DNA of 60,000 nucleotides from Lama guanicoe (Eukaryota). The notes under the pieces are model-generated. The model was not told the origin of the DNA. It made no database searches and saw only the letters and a program-made list of their open reading frames with translations. The stretch covers positions 684,001-744,000 of the forward strand of contig MU054187.1 in NCBI GenBank assembly GCA_013239625.1. The letters run 5' to 3'. Made by a program: the position numbers and the translations under genes. Shown piece by piece: positions 23,285 through 36,015 of this stretch (positions within the stretch are counted from its first letter, which is position 1; each line of letters begins with the position of its first letter).

Positions 23285-25084
23285 TTAATTAAATGAAAAT
23301 CTTTGCTTTGAAATAAGTGGAGATTCACAGGCAGTGATGAGAAACAGCGTGGAGGATGGGGGCCCTGTCGTCAGTTCCTCCAGTGCTACATCTCGCAACA
23401 CTGTAGCACAACATCGCCACCAGGACGCAGAGACCGTCCAGGCACGGAGCGTCTCTGTCACCACAGACGTCCCTCCTGTTGCCTTTCTCTGCTCGGCCCA
23501 CGTTCCTGGCCCTGCTTCCGTCCTCAAGTCCTGGCAAGCGTGAATCTGTTTTCCATCAGTGCAGTTTTGTCATCTCAAGAAGCTGCCCACCGTGTGCGAG
23601 GGTAGATGCTCCCTGCGCGTCCCTGTCTGCTGTCAGCATGGGAGCAGTTTCTCTGCGTCCTTGCCAGCGTTCGGCACTGTCACTGGCCTTCATTTTAACC
23701 ATCTGACAGGTGCAGAGGGGCGCGTCTCCTTGCGGTTTTAATCTGCGTTCCCCTGATGAGGGTAACGTTAGCACATCTTTTCGTGCCCTTGTGTTCCGCC
23801 TGCGCTCCCTCCTCGGTGAGACTTCTGCTCCTGTCCTTCCCCTGTCCTCTAATAAAAGCGTTTTGTTTTTTCACTGTGGAGTTTTGAGAGTTACAAAATT
23901 GTTTTAGCAAGTGTATTTTTTTTTTTTTGCTAGTGTCTTTGTTTTGCCTTTCTATGTACGTTTAAAAATAACCCGGTCTGTATCTACAGAAAAATGTTCC
24001 TGGAACTTTGATCGGAAGCATGAGAAACACGTACACCGATCTGGGGCAATTCGGGACCTTTGAAGCTTGAGCCCCTGATGTGTGAACCAGGCGCGTCTCT
24101 GCTTTTTAGATCTTAGGTTTCTCTTGTAAGAGCCTTCTCGGTTTGGCACAAAGGGCGTGCTTTGAAAGTCGTTCTCTCTTTGTAATTGTGCTGTCCGTGT
24201 GGTCATTGTCAGTATGAGGAAATGCAGCTGACTTTGCATGTCCATCTTGTGTCCTGCAAACTGGTTGGATTCGTGTATGTCCAAGGGTTTTTTGGTAGAT
24301 TGTTTGAGATTTTACAAGCAGACAACCCTGTCATCTGTACGTATGGACATCTTTAATTTTTTCCTTTCCAACCTGGGGCTTTTTCTTCTCCATCCTGGCC
24401 TTATTTCAGCGAGGAGAGCTCCCCGAGCCCTCAGGTGGCGAGAGTGGCCCCTGCCCTGGCCTCTGACTTACGGGGACTCTGCCTTTTCCCATCAGGACCC
24501 TGATGGCTCTAGGATCTTTGCAGATGCGCCTGATGAAATTGAAGGAGCTTCCCTGTGCCCCTAGAGTTCAGAGTTTTTATCACGGTTGGATGTCAAATTT
24601 TATCAGATCGTTCTTTTTGCATCAGTTAATACGGCCACGTGTTAGATTCCTTCGTTAGATTGTTTATATGGTGTATAATCTAGATATGTTTTCAAGTATT
24701 GAACCAGCCTTGCCTCCACAGTGGATTGTGGTGTATAATTCATTTTATGTAATTTTGATTTTATTTATGACAATTTTGTTAAGGATTTTGAGTCTGTATC
24801 CTTGAAGGATGTCAGTCTGTTCTGTTCTTTTGTTGTATGATTTTGTCTGGTTTTGATTCCAGTGAATGAGTTGGAAAGGACATTTTCCTCTTCTCTTTTC
24901 TCTGGTAGACTTTGTACAATTAGTGTTAATTCTTCTGCGATGGTTTGGTAGCGTTCTTCCGGGAAACTGACTGGGCCTGGAGATTGCCTTCTGGGGCTGC
25001 TTTTAGTTGCAAGTTGGATTTCCTTAATAGCTCAGAGGCTATTCAGATTCCACGTGTCACAGTGGGTAAGTCGTGGAGTTTGTG
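23285..25084 (-). mobile_element. L1MC1/2-type 3' half (3' UTR to RT region), inverted relative to its own 5' half
   Basis: L1MC1-like 3' end at 23285 ('ttgaaataagtggagattcacaggcagt..'). RT-region sequence at 24600-25084 resumes ORF2 13 bp after the point where 22840 stops. Confidence 0.85.
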
Positions 25085-27064
25085 ACAGGAGGGTGGCTTT
25101 CCAAAATGCCACGTGTGAGGGGGGCGAGGAGGGTTTGGTGCTGAGAAGGGCCGCCCCTGCTGCGGCTTCGTGGGCTGAGCGGGTTGATGGGGGGTGTCGC
25201 CGTGGTCAGTTCAACAGCCTTGCTGGACTGGTGAGGGCACGGCTGGCGCTGAAGAGAGTTTAAACACAGAACCATCTTTGTGCCCCGAAGCCTCACTTTT
25301 GACAGGGGCGACTTTGTGGATCTGCACTGTCCAAATAACTGTTTCATTACATTAATTCACTTACTATCATTTAAGGGAAGGGGAGGCTTTGGGCCAGTGT
25401 GACCCCTGCTCTGGGTGCCGGCGGGTGGCCGTCAGATGCCTGCTGGGCCCAGCGATGCTCCGCCGTCCCAGAGCCGGGTTGGTCCTTGGGGCTGTGAGTG
25501 CCCCAACCTTATGGACACGGTGTGGAGGCGCCTGGGAGTGACCGTCACACTCTGCCAGCGCTGTGCTGAGCCTCTGTTTCCCTGATGGAGGCCCCGTCCC
25601 TCTGCTGACCCCTCAGTGCCTCTGGGGGTGGTGGATGGGGCCCTGGCCAGCCATGGATTCCCACAAGACGTTCGTCGTGGCAAAGAGCTCATTGCTGGTA
25701 ACTGTGGGCACAGACTTCTCAGAGAAGAGGCCTTTTCTGTAAGAGAGGAAACTGGAAAGCACGGGGAGCGTGGGAAGCCCTCCCCCCTGCCGGCGTTGTA
25801 GGTGGAACGCCGCGCCCTGTCCCGCCGGGGCTGGGCCGTCCCGCGGCAGGCACCCCCGAGGCGCTGCGTGTGGGCGGCCTGTCCGCGGTGTGCAGCGGGC
25901 CCTCGCGAGCGTTCCCGGGCAGCTCTGGGTGGCCTGGGCCTCTTGCAGCGCCTCGCTATGATGGGGACTCAGAAGGGCAGACGTGCAGGCTAACCATCGT
26001 TTAAAAGCAGCAAAACCCACAGTTCGCCCGGTTTCTGCTTGCTATGCCCTTCAAAGCAGTTTTGGTTTGGCTTCGGCGTCTGCTATGGGCAAGGGTTTGG
26101 ATCAAGTCGTATTTTATCTGTAATTCTTCCCCATCCCCGGTTTGCAGGCAGGGGCCCCATCCCTGCGGGTCTGCCAGCCTGGGTAAATAGCGCCTGTTGT
26201 GTGTCTAAACACGCATCAGGGCTTAAAAACCAAGAGGGGCGGGAGAGACGCTTCTGAATTCTCATCAGTGTTTCAGTACACTTAAGTTTTCAAGTATATA
26301 TAGTGCGTGCATGCGTGTCTGTGTGCACCTGTGTGTGTGCACCTGAGGATGGCGTGGGAGCGCACGGCCCTGGGGACTTTCTGTAACTGGACGCAGTCCC
26401 CATTCCATGTAACTGTCGGTTAAAATGTTACAGAACCACCCGGCGGGCGAGCACTCACGTAAACTTCACAGCAGATCCCTTCTGAAAGTTTTCACACAAG
26501 GAAAACTTGTTTAAGGCGAAGCCAGGTTGCTCGACATTTATGTGTTTATTCAATTCCATCTATTTATTTTTTATTTCACAGCCCCTGGGACCGCAGGCAC
26601 TGGGCTCATTCATAAGAAGGCTCGTGGTGTTTTTCTGCGGGTCGTTTTACGGTGGGAGAATATTCCCCATCAGTGGAGGTCTCTGTGAAGTGTGCATGTG
26701 GCTCATGGACATTGAGGAGTGTCTGCACCCTCCTTGGAGGCTCCGGCTCCAAAACCCCGGGTTCAGCGACATTACTCACTCGCGTGGCTGGTTCCTCCTC
26801 CCGCTCTCTTCCTCAAGTAACAAACGATGGCCTTTTATCTTTGCTCTGTTAATTCTTATCAGCACCTTAATTATTTAGATGCGAGCCAGCAGTGTGTCTG
26901 GGAGGGACTTGTGGGACAATTCTTAAGGCACCAAAGGACAGACAAACAAACAGCTCCAGATGGGAGCATAAAGCTGACTTGGCACAAAGCACCGTCCTGT
27001 CCAAACAGTGGAAAAGGCGTGTATGTACGTTTTCAAAGACACTTGAATGTTTTTAAGATTTAAA

Positions 27065-27215
27065 TTTTCTTCCTATTCTTTTTCATTATAGGCCACTGTT
27101 GTTTATCTCTTTTATATGTAGTATGTGTGTGTGTGTGTGTGTATAACTGAACCACTGTGCTGGACACCAGAAATAACACGTCGTAAACCAGCTATACTTC
27201 AATAGAAAGAACTCT
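27065..27215. mobile_element. Very short L1 3' end with inverted 5' piece and (TG)n
   Basis: Reverse 'attctttttcattataggcc..gtttatc' joined to forward tail 'tgtataactgaaccactgtgctggacaccagaaataacac..ctatacttcaata'. Confidence 0.6.
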
Positions 27216-29556
27216 AAAAAATTTCTTTTAAATTAACCTAGAGGATGCCAGTAGTTCCATTTCATGAACAGAGAAGGTGACCAGTGTGATATTGTGCAGC
27301 TTGTGTGAGGTCCGATGTGAACAGTGTTTAGGCCCGTGTGGCCCTTGTGTTAACCTGCGCACCCGCGCGGGCCTCGTTTGGAGGGTCCTCTCCCAGGACC
27401 CCGGCTTCCTTGGGTTGGCTACCTGCTGTGATGAATACTGGTCCCTCATTCTGTCCCAAGAACTGTCGTTGCCACCATAGGGGCTTTCGTTGAAAAGGCC
27501 CACCCTGGACCCGTAGCTCCGACGCGATGCCCCAGTGGCCTGTGCCCAGATGCCACCCCAGCCCAGGGGCCAGGCCTCTGTCCCGGCGGCCGCCCCTCCC
27601 CTGCCCCACCGAGGGGTCTGGAAGGCCGGCGGCTCTCACCTGCCTTTGTTCTGCCTGTTTCTCTGCTGCAACACAGAGGGACGTGTGAGTGGTTCTCACC
27701 AGCACGGAGGCCACGCCGTGCCGTCCAGCCAGCTGGATCTCTTCCCTTTCTCCTCAAGAACGTGCTGAAACTCACGGGGGTCGGACTGGAGGAGGAGTGG
27801 CTACTTGCCCTTTTTCAGACCTTGGGGACTGACTACCAGCTGACAGCGTCCAGCCCTCCTCACACTGCGGAGGTCACCCTGCAGAGGTCACCCTGCGGAG
27901 GAGAGAGGCCGAGGGCGTGGGGTGGGCGGGGGCCCGGCTGGTGCCCGCTCCACATTCACCCGGCCACCCTGGCGGGGACAGGGGACCTACACCAGCTTCC
28001 TTGGCTGCAAAGGGCTGGGGTCTGTAACCCCTGCTCTCAGACCCATGATCGCCAGGGGTACCCAGAACACGCATCCCACATGGGGCCGGGAGCAGAGTCA
28101 GTAACTGACCATGTTGCCCTGTCTTACCCGGATGCCACCCGCTCACCTGCACAGGCAGTGCCTCAGGAAGCAACATTTCATTCCAGAGATAATACAACCT
28201 CAAGTTCTGAGTGTTTCAAACTTTCCAGCTGCCGGACCCTCTTTACTGCCAAACGAAATCATTACCCAAGGAAAAGTATGAAATTTAAAGACAATAGCCA
28301 GTAAAAATGACCATTGGTGTGTCACTGTTCAGTGGTTTTGAAAGATGCTATCGTGTTAACAGTGTTTGAACACGTCTTTGTACATACAGCCAAGTCCGTC
28401 TTCCTGGAGGGTCTAAAAGGCCCCCTGAGCGTTTCTCCCTGGTGTGCTTCGTGATGCGACACGGTGGCTGCATTCGGCACTTCTGTCAACTTACAGGTGA
28501 TGCTTTTAAAGTTATCATAAATTCTTAGAATTATTTCTTCTCTTATATAGATGTCCAAAGCTTAGCAAAATAATGCGTATTTGTTGTCTGCGTGTGATTT
28601 CATATGAAAATACCAGAAAGGAGACACCTGTGTGTGGTTGTAAAGCTGTCACGTAGCCCAAACGTCAAACTGACTTGGCAGGTGTCATAACTTTCTGGAT
28701 TGCTCAGCTCTGGCTGCGTCTGTATGGCTGTCTGACCCTCTGTCACTCTCATTACAACGTCCGGAAGCTTTAGTAAGCTCTTTATGAACCGACAATTTCT
28801 TTCTTAAGGTCTGTGCGGCAAATTTGAACAGTCCTACAAACTCATTTTAACAAGGTTTGGACTTTGTATACATTCTCAGTAATATTAAGCCATGAAATCT
28901 TTGCACGTAAAAAATTTTGCACATTAAAAAAAATTTTTTTAATACTTCCCAGTGTGCTCTGCTGTAGGTGGACCCCAGGCAGGGACCCTCAGCTATTTTG
29001 TAAACTTTCATTGTACAAATGCCTTAAGGACTAGGTCTTTTTCCTCCCATCTTTGGATATATTTTGCCATCTTTTCTTGCCATCGACTTGGCTGGAAGGT
29101 CAGTGTCCACTGTGAAATTTCACATCTTGTCTCTGTGGTTCTCTGCAGGTAGCAAACCAGCTCATTTAACACAGCTGATTTCATAGCCAGCCAACCAGTA
29201 GCATCACGTCTGTATTCACAGTTTCTCCTAAACATCTTGTTTTCAAACAGCAATTTATTACTCACTTTAAAAGAAATTATTTTGTACCCCAAATTTATAA
29301 TAAATTTCGGAAATACAATATAGGCAAAATGCAAAGCTGACAGTAAGCACTAAAAGGGCCTTTCATTCGACCTGGACTGACTTAAGAAGGTTGTGTGCTG
29401 GCTGGTTCTAACACAGACCACCGGTGTGTGAGAACATGCCTGCGGAAGGTGTCACACCCAGGAGCAGCAGTGTGAGGGCGCAGGCGCTCAGTGCCTGGGC
29501 GTCTTCCTGGTGGGCAAGTGGTCGGTGGGGCTGAGCTGGGCAGGGGGTGAGGGCAC

Positions 29557-29931
29557 ACCAGGGTCCCCAGGTCAGTCCACCGAGGTCCCCAGGTCAGTTC
29601 ACCAAGGTCCCCAGGTCAGTCCACTGAGGTCCCCAGGTCAGTCCACCAGGTTCCCCAGGTCAGTCCACCAGGTTCCCCAGGTTAGTCCAGCAGGGTCCTA
29701 GGTCAGTCCGCCAGGGTCCCAGGTCAGTCCACCCAGCTCCCCAGGTCAGTCCACCAAGTTCCTAGGTCAGTCCAGCAGGGTCCCAGGCCAGTCCACTGAG
29801 GTCCCCAGGTCAGTCCACCAGGGTCCCCAGGTCAGTCTAGCAGGGTCCCCAGGTCAGTCCAGCAGGGTCCCAGGTCAGTCCACCAAGGTCCCCAAGTTAA
29901 TCCACCAAGGTCCCAGGTCAGTCCACCAGGG
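29557..29931. repeat. ~22-bp minisatellite (GGTCCCCAGGTCAGTCCACCAG), about 17 copies
   Basis: Directly visible tandem array with 21-22-bp variant units. Confidence 0.95.
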
Positions 29932-30354
29932 CAATGCACAGTTTGGGAATTGTAACTCGAGTAGATCAATTTGTTACAACCTGTCACCTAAGAAACACAG
30001 CTGACTCTATTGGAATCAGCAAGGGCTGGTGAATCAGATCCAGGTTCAAATCCTGCCTCTGTTACTTGTAAATACAATGTAATGTTTCTCGTATTATAAT
30101 GCACTTTTAGTTGGTGGGTTGCATTTACCAGCCCATCCCAAATTTACACGGTTTAGAATATCAAATAATGGCTGACTCTTCAAAAAAGTACATAAAGTTG
30201 GAGTGGTTTCTTATTAGTAAATAGAACTTTCTATTTTATTAATAACAGAGTTTCTAAACATAACTGCTTCTTGTAGATACTTTGTCTTATGACCAGCATT
30301 TAAGTCGTTTACATTTGGTGGGTTATTTTCTTTCCATTTTAGACTTGAGTTTAT

Positions 30355-30700
30355 CATGGAAACAGAGTAGAATGGTGGTTGCCAGGGACTGGGGAAGTGG
30401 GGAAGCGGAGGGGCTGGTGAGGGGTGGAAACCTGCAGTTACAAGCCGAGTAAGTCCTGAGGAGCGTGTGTAAGTGGTGACTGTGGTTGAAACCTGCATTG
30501 TATCTCTCACTTTGCCAGAAGAGCAGAACTCGAGTGTTTCCAGACACACAGATAAATGCGAGGTGATGGGTGTTAATTGATCAGGTAAGTGAAGTCCTTT
30601 CTTAGGGTGTGTGTGCATCCAACCACCGCAGTGTACGCTTTAAATCCCTTACAATTTTATTTGTCAGTTGTACCTCAATAAGCTGAATTAAAAAAAAAAA
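30355..30700 (+). mobile_element. L1MA-type 3' UTR with poly-A
   Basis: 'acagagtagaatggtggttgccaggg' through 'ttttatttgtcagttgtacctcaataagctg' followed by an A-run. Confidence 0.85.
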
Positions 30701-31141
30701 AGACTCAAGTCTAAACACCAAAAGAGAGATGAGTGGTACTGGGACTCCTTCAAAGAGCTGATTTTCACACGAAGGCCTCACTTTCCGGAGTGGCTGATAA
30801 ACACCAGCTGAAACCTGAGGCATCTCTTAATTCTTCTAAAAGCTCTGTCCTCTGGACAGAGCCAAGTGAGGAGCACCAGGGAGCTGACCCGCGCTGGGAA
30901 CGCTGGCCGGAAGGCTCTCCCTGAGGCGCTGGGTCCGGCCCCACGATGCACAGGAAACTTCTACGCCTTTCGCCTCCGTCCCCTCCCTCTTTCTTCGAGC
31001 GCCACGTTAAACACGCGGAATCCTGGACTTTCTCCTCCAAGTCAGCAAGTCCCCACAGCCGACTACCTCCGGCTCTTCTCTCTCTGTTGACCTTTGTCTC
31101 TCGGATTCTTGGAACAAGAGCGTAGAAAACAGCAGAAAGAT

Positions 31142-31285
31142 GGGGAAGGTCGAGCTCGGTGGTAGAGCACATGCTTAACACGCACGAGGTCCTGGGTTCA
31201 ATCCCCAGCACTGCCTCTAAAATAAATAAGTAAATAACCTTAATTACCGCGCCCCCAACCAAGAAAAACCTTAAAAAAAGAAAAG
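31142..31285 (+). mobile_element. Vic-1-type camelid SINE, full length
   Basis: GGGGAAGGTCGAGCTCGGTGGTAGAGCACATGCTTAACACGCACGAGGTCCTGGGTTCAATCCCCAG..AAATAAATAAGTAAATAACCTTAATTACC followed by an A-rich tail; tRNA A and B boxes present. Confidence 0.92.
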
Positions 31286-32053
31286 GAAGGGAATAGAAAG
31301 AGCAGCCACTGGATTTTGTGTCTTTCATCCAAACGCCTCTACACGTAACCTGTTCTGTTGTTATCTTGAAAGTTTAAGGTGCAGTAAGTGTCAGTGAGTT
31401 TATGTAATTTAAATTAATTAATAGATTGGTTTTTGTGCCAGGTGCCATGGGAGGCACTGAAGGAAGCTCCCACAGCGACCAGAAGTGGGCATTGTAACTG
31501 ACTGTACTTCAGTAATCACAATAGTGAAAACACTGCGTGATGTTCTCCTGTGACGGCCGAGCAGCGGCCGCCGGGCGTGCGTCCTGCGGCGGTGCTTAAA
31601 TGCACTTTAAGTGCCTGTGCACTCGGACACACGCTTCCTACTCGGAAATACCGGAAAATTCATGTCGTGTTTTGGGGGGCCACAAAACGGGAGCTCTGTC
31701 CGACCGTTCCTCGCAACCAGCCACGAGGGTGTGGGTTGCGGGTTCCTGACGGCCCATTTGTGGGGGCAGAATCCTGTCTCCCTGACGGAGCACAGCCATG
31801 GGGTCGGTGTGTTTATTTCGTGTGACACAATCAGCTCAGCATGAGTTCTGAGCCATTTTGTAAAATGTGGCCGCTGTTTGGGTCTCCTCCAAGGCTGCTC
31901 GTCAGGGGCTCTGTCTCCCCTCCCGCTGGGGGTCTCTGCCGGACGAGTCCCTCAGCCCCTCCTGAGTCTCCGTGTGTCCAAGCGCCCTCTGTACCTGCCC
32001 TGCCCGTTGGAGGTGGGACACCTGCCCCCCCCCCCCCCCCCCCCCCCCCCCGC

Positions 32054-32132
32054 NNNNNNNNNNNNNNNNNNNNNNNNNNNNNNNNNNNNNNNNNNNNNNN
32101 NNNNNNNNNNNNNNNNNNNNNNNNNNNNNNNN
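32054..32132. other. Assembly gap (79 N) flanked by poly-C runs
   Basis: N run between C homopolymers. Confidence 0.99.
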
Positions 32133-34984
32133 CCCCCCCCCCCCCCAGATCTGCATCACCTGCCCAGGAGGGCACTTTCCCTGCACTTCCTCAGCCCTGG
32201 AGTGAACCCAGGGGACCTGCGACCGCTGTCCCCACGGTGCTGCTGTCTCCAAATCAGGCACTGTGGGCCACCCCCGAAACCTGGTGCTGCCACCTCTGCG
32301 TCCAGTAGGAGCCCCTACGCTCCCCTTGGGAAGCTCCCCCGCCCAGCCCACCGGCTCCCAGCAGCTGTGCTGAGGCTCCCCGGGGTCTCTGGCCCGGCAG
32401 ACCTGCCTCCCGGAGCCAAAGGCTCCCACGTGAAGGGCGCTGGGAGCGCCCCCCCTGACCAACCAGCAGGCAGAGTTGCTGGCCATTTGGTGCATTCATC
32501 TCCTTCCTTAAAATGAGCACATCTGTTTGGAACGCTCAGACAGCGTGCTTTGCTGCTGGGATTAGACCCGGTAAGGTGGTGCATGGCTCTCACCGGGGGT
32601 GGCCGAGGGGGGAGGTGGGAGTCCGAGCGTTAGGGAGGCGGCCCCAGGTCTGGAGGCCCTCGGGGCCTGCACCCCTGAGGGGCGGGGAAGGAGAGCAGTG
32701 ACCCTGGGACACGGCTCTGAAGACAGATGCGCCAACCCGTGTCTCCAGGGTCTTGTGCTTTGCCTCCACGTTGCCCGCCTCCCGGCTCCCCGCCCGGCTC
32801 CCAGCAAGAGTCGGGGGTACGGTGGGAGCTCAAGAAACATGTGCCGCCGTGGACTGAATTCACCCTCGCCCTCTCCTGAGCCCCGACGTTTGTCCAGCCG
32901 AGGGAGTGGTGGCGTGCAGGGAGCGCAGGATGGCCCCTCGGAGGGCGGGCTGGACGGGGCTTGCCGGCATCTCAGCCGCAGGGGAAGGGGACTGGGCAGC
33001 TCGGCCCGGCGCGCCCTCGTCCAGCGGGAACCGCCCATCTTCGCACTCCAGGTTCTCATTTCACCGTCTGTGGAGTTTTCTCGCCGTGACCTGACGTAAT
33101 CGTGGTCGTACATCCCGAGCATGTCAGCACCTGGAGGGGAACTGGACACAGAATCACATCTTGACTTGGGTGTTCGATCCAGATTTCCCCTTTGACAAAC
33201 TCTCATTTACAAAAAGGCTATTCTTTTGCCAAAAGGGCCAAATAATCTTTGAAATATCACGTTTTCTGCCCTAGTCAGAGCCAACTGGTCTTTAGCAACG
33301 TGCAAGAGAAATTGATGAAGGCTTTCCTTATGTACCAGAATCAGACAAATATTTAGGGCCGAGCAGCACTCAAGGACGTGACGCCTGGCAGCTGTGCGCG
33401 GACCGTTGGCGTAAACCTGCGTTGCTCTCAGGCCACGGCCCTCGTCCAAGTCACTCTGTGTCGAGCATCCATCCTGCGTCGTAATTGCTCTGCTGGTTTA
33501 AAAGTAACATCCCCCTTGGAATATGCACTTGCAAATGTAAAAGTCAAAGAAAGTGTGCAGAGGGGCCGGCAGCGGGTTTAGATTGTCCCAAGGGAAAGAG
33601 CATGCGTGTCACAACCACGGCGCAGACGAGGCTGCGCCTGGGATGGGAAACATGAACTGTGCGTTCTGAGTCTGGGTTCGGGTCCTTGGCCGGTGGGGAG
33701 GTGGCGCTGCGCATCAGCCTGGAGTCCAGGGACCAGTGTGCATGAGTCTTCTCCCCTGAGGATGCTGCCAGGTGCTGTTTCCTCTTACTGGGGCAACCTG
33801 GGCAAAGACGTCTCCTACGTCCTGGGCAGTCTGGTCTCGGTTCCTGAGTCCTGGGGGCGCGTTGTAACCCGCTTTCAGATGCAGGACAGTGTCATCCCCT
33901 CCACTCCCCGACTCACATTTTGTGACTTTTTGGTCTTACTCATGCTTCTCTGACGTTTCTAGCATTTCTCACATGAACAGTCTTAGGAAAAAAGCACATG
34001 CTCATCACCTGAGCTCATCTCTGATCACTGTCACGTCCCTGCTGCAGAAGGCGCTGGCGTCCCCTGAACCGTTGTCTTCTCATCTGCGGAGAAAGCCCGA
34101 AAATCTGCTGGTCAGAGTAAAATGGCTGGAAGCTTGAGGCTTGGCCCTGAAGGAAGCGTCTCCAGTACAGACACATCCCTGAAGAGCCTCTCAAACTGCT
34201 TCATGCCTTTTTGAGAGAATCATTTCTTACTCGAATCTCCTTGAAACTATTCTAGACAGGAAAGTCACGTTACTAGTCACGGAGGGAGCGCACGTGCAGG
34301 GCTCCGCCCTGAGACCATCACGAGGGTTCAGCTGGCCTGCACTCAGGCCGGGAGAAGAGTGTGATCAGATGTTCATTTTGCCTTTCCCCCCAGCACTTTT
34401 CCTGCTTTTTTACACAGTGGATTTATTCCAGGGGAGACACGTGTGAAGATTTCGCGATGTAATTTATTGTGCAAGATGCCAAGTAGATAACGTGCTTTTC
34501 TTAAGGCATTTACATCTCTTATCTAGACTCCTTGAAAACCCTGTGCATAATAATAGTTAACGGCTTTCTGATAATCTGCAGGTAACGGTCTGCAGCCAGA
34601 GAGCGTTAGATGCACGTGTGTCCTGTGCGCGTATGGCGTGAACACACGCGTGCGCATAGTTTCAAGGAAGAGAAGCCCAATTGCGTTTCTAAACTGAAGG
34701 CAGTAAAAGACAGCCGTTCAGCTGAGTTACCCACGTGTCTGGCTCACAATACAGGGCCCACTTCTGCAATGTCTATGGCGTGAATAAATGCGGTCACTGG
34801 TGGGAGGAGCGTCTGTTCTCAGCCGAACTCTTCCTGCATGTTTGTCTGATAGCAGGCGAAGGCTTTCATGCTAGAGTAAATGCTGAGCGGGTGGATTTGC
34901 GGGAAGGAAGAGCGTTCTACTTACTAAATGATTTTCGAGGGCCTGGAATCTCATAGCGCAGAAAATGCGGAGACCGTTACTCAG

Positions 34985-36015
34985 GAAAGATGCCGACACT
35001 CCACGTCATGTGTTTGCCAAACAGCTGCTTTTTGCCGTTAAAATAAAGCAAAAATAAAAAACCCTCGTGGCAAAAGAAAGCCGAAACGCAGGCAGACGGA
35101 GCCCAAGACGCCGCCTGTTTCTGTGCGTCCACTCCGGAACACGTCCCCGGGCTTGCGTCCGGGGGACAAAAACCGGGAGGGGGCAGTTTAACTGCTTTCC
35201 TGATGGGCCTTTGGTAAGTGTGTCACTTGTGTTGGAATCCAGAGATTCTGCAGGAAAGAGAAATCGAGACTGTGAATGAGAAGGCCTGGCGCTGGGGCAC
35301 GGCTGCATCCGGGTTTCACGCCTCGGCCTGAGCATCTCAGACTTGTCCGAAAGATGAAGCGTCTACGACGTCTAGAAGATGGTGAGGGAGAATGGCTTTG
35401 CATTTTTGAAGTCGGCAAGTATTTCTTCAGGAGAACAGAGAAAGTTCTAAACACAAAGGGAAAAAATGAAAGGGCAAAGCGCAGACAGGAAGGAAACTGT
35501 TTACAATGTATGCTTTTGACAAAGAACTTCTATCGAAACATAAATTACATGTGCGTATACATAAAATAAAATGACCATCGGTTAAAAATGAACATCGGGC
35601 GAAAAGACACGGCAACAAGGAGGACAAGGAGGTAGGAATGGCCAACAAAGGGAAGGTCTGCCGAAACCTTGCATTAGTTACCCAGAAATGAAAGGAAGCG
35701 CTGATGGATGAAGCCCGTGCCGAAGCTCTTCGCTCCTGGGGCGGGGGTCGGGCCCAGAGCGTGTGTGCTTCGTGGCCCCACTGTGTGGAGTCAAGTCGGT
35801 GAAATGGTATTTGGCGCTGAAAATCGGAGACATGGTTCCCTCCGCACGGGAGGCGTTGTCCGAGAGGGGCCGAGAGCTCTCGACGGGGTGGCTTTCTCGG
35901 TCTTGTGTGGAGTGGTGGCTTCTCGGGGTGAAGACTGATCGAAACATCAGATTGTATTCCCTGCGTTCAGAGCATTTCACGGTGTGTCCATTTGGCTGCA
36001 GTAAACTAAAAATGA
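34985..36015 (+). mobile_element. Highly degenerate L1ME-like 3' fragment
   Basis: 'gtaggaatggccaacaaa..ccttgcattagttacccagaaatg' and a 3' UTR-like 'gagcatttcacggtgtgtccatttggctgcagtaaactaaaa'. Confidence 0.5.

Noticed and set aside
22510..23328. 272-aa minus-strand ORF
   Set aside because: Crosses the inversion breakpoint into antisense L1; no family resemblance, and I could not match 22841-23280 to any processed pseudogene.
29557..29931. CRISPR-like regular repeats
   Set aside because: Head-to-tail tandem units with no unique spacers, in a mammalian genome; a minisatellite.
31142..31215. tRNA-Ala-like sequences (also 6550-6625, 43340-43418, 56616-56690)
   Set aside because: These are SINE heads with broken acceptor stems, A-rich tails and target-site duplications, not tRNA genes.
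32024..32146. Poly-C/poly-Pro or poly-Gly ORFs across the N run
   Set aside because: Assembly gap at a homopolymer; reading frame and length unknown.
32562..33206. 214-aa minus-strand ORF
   Set aside because: No domain, GC-rich tail; more likely non-coding.
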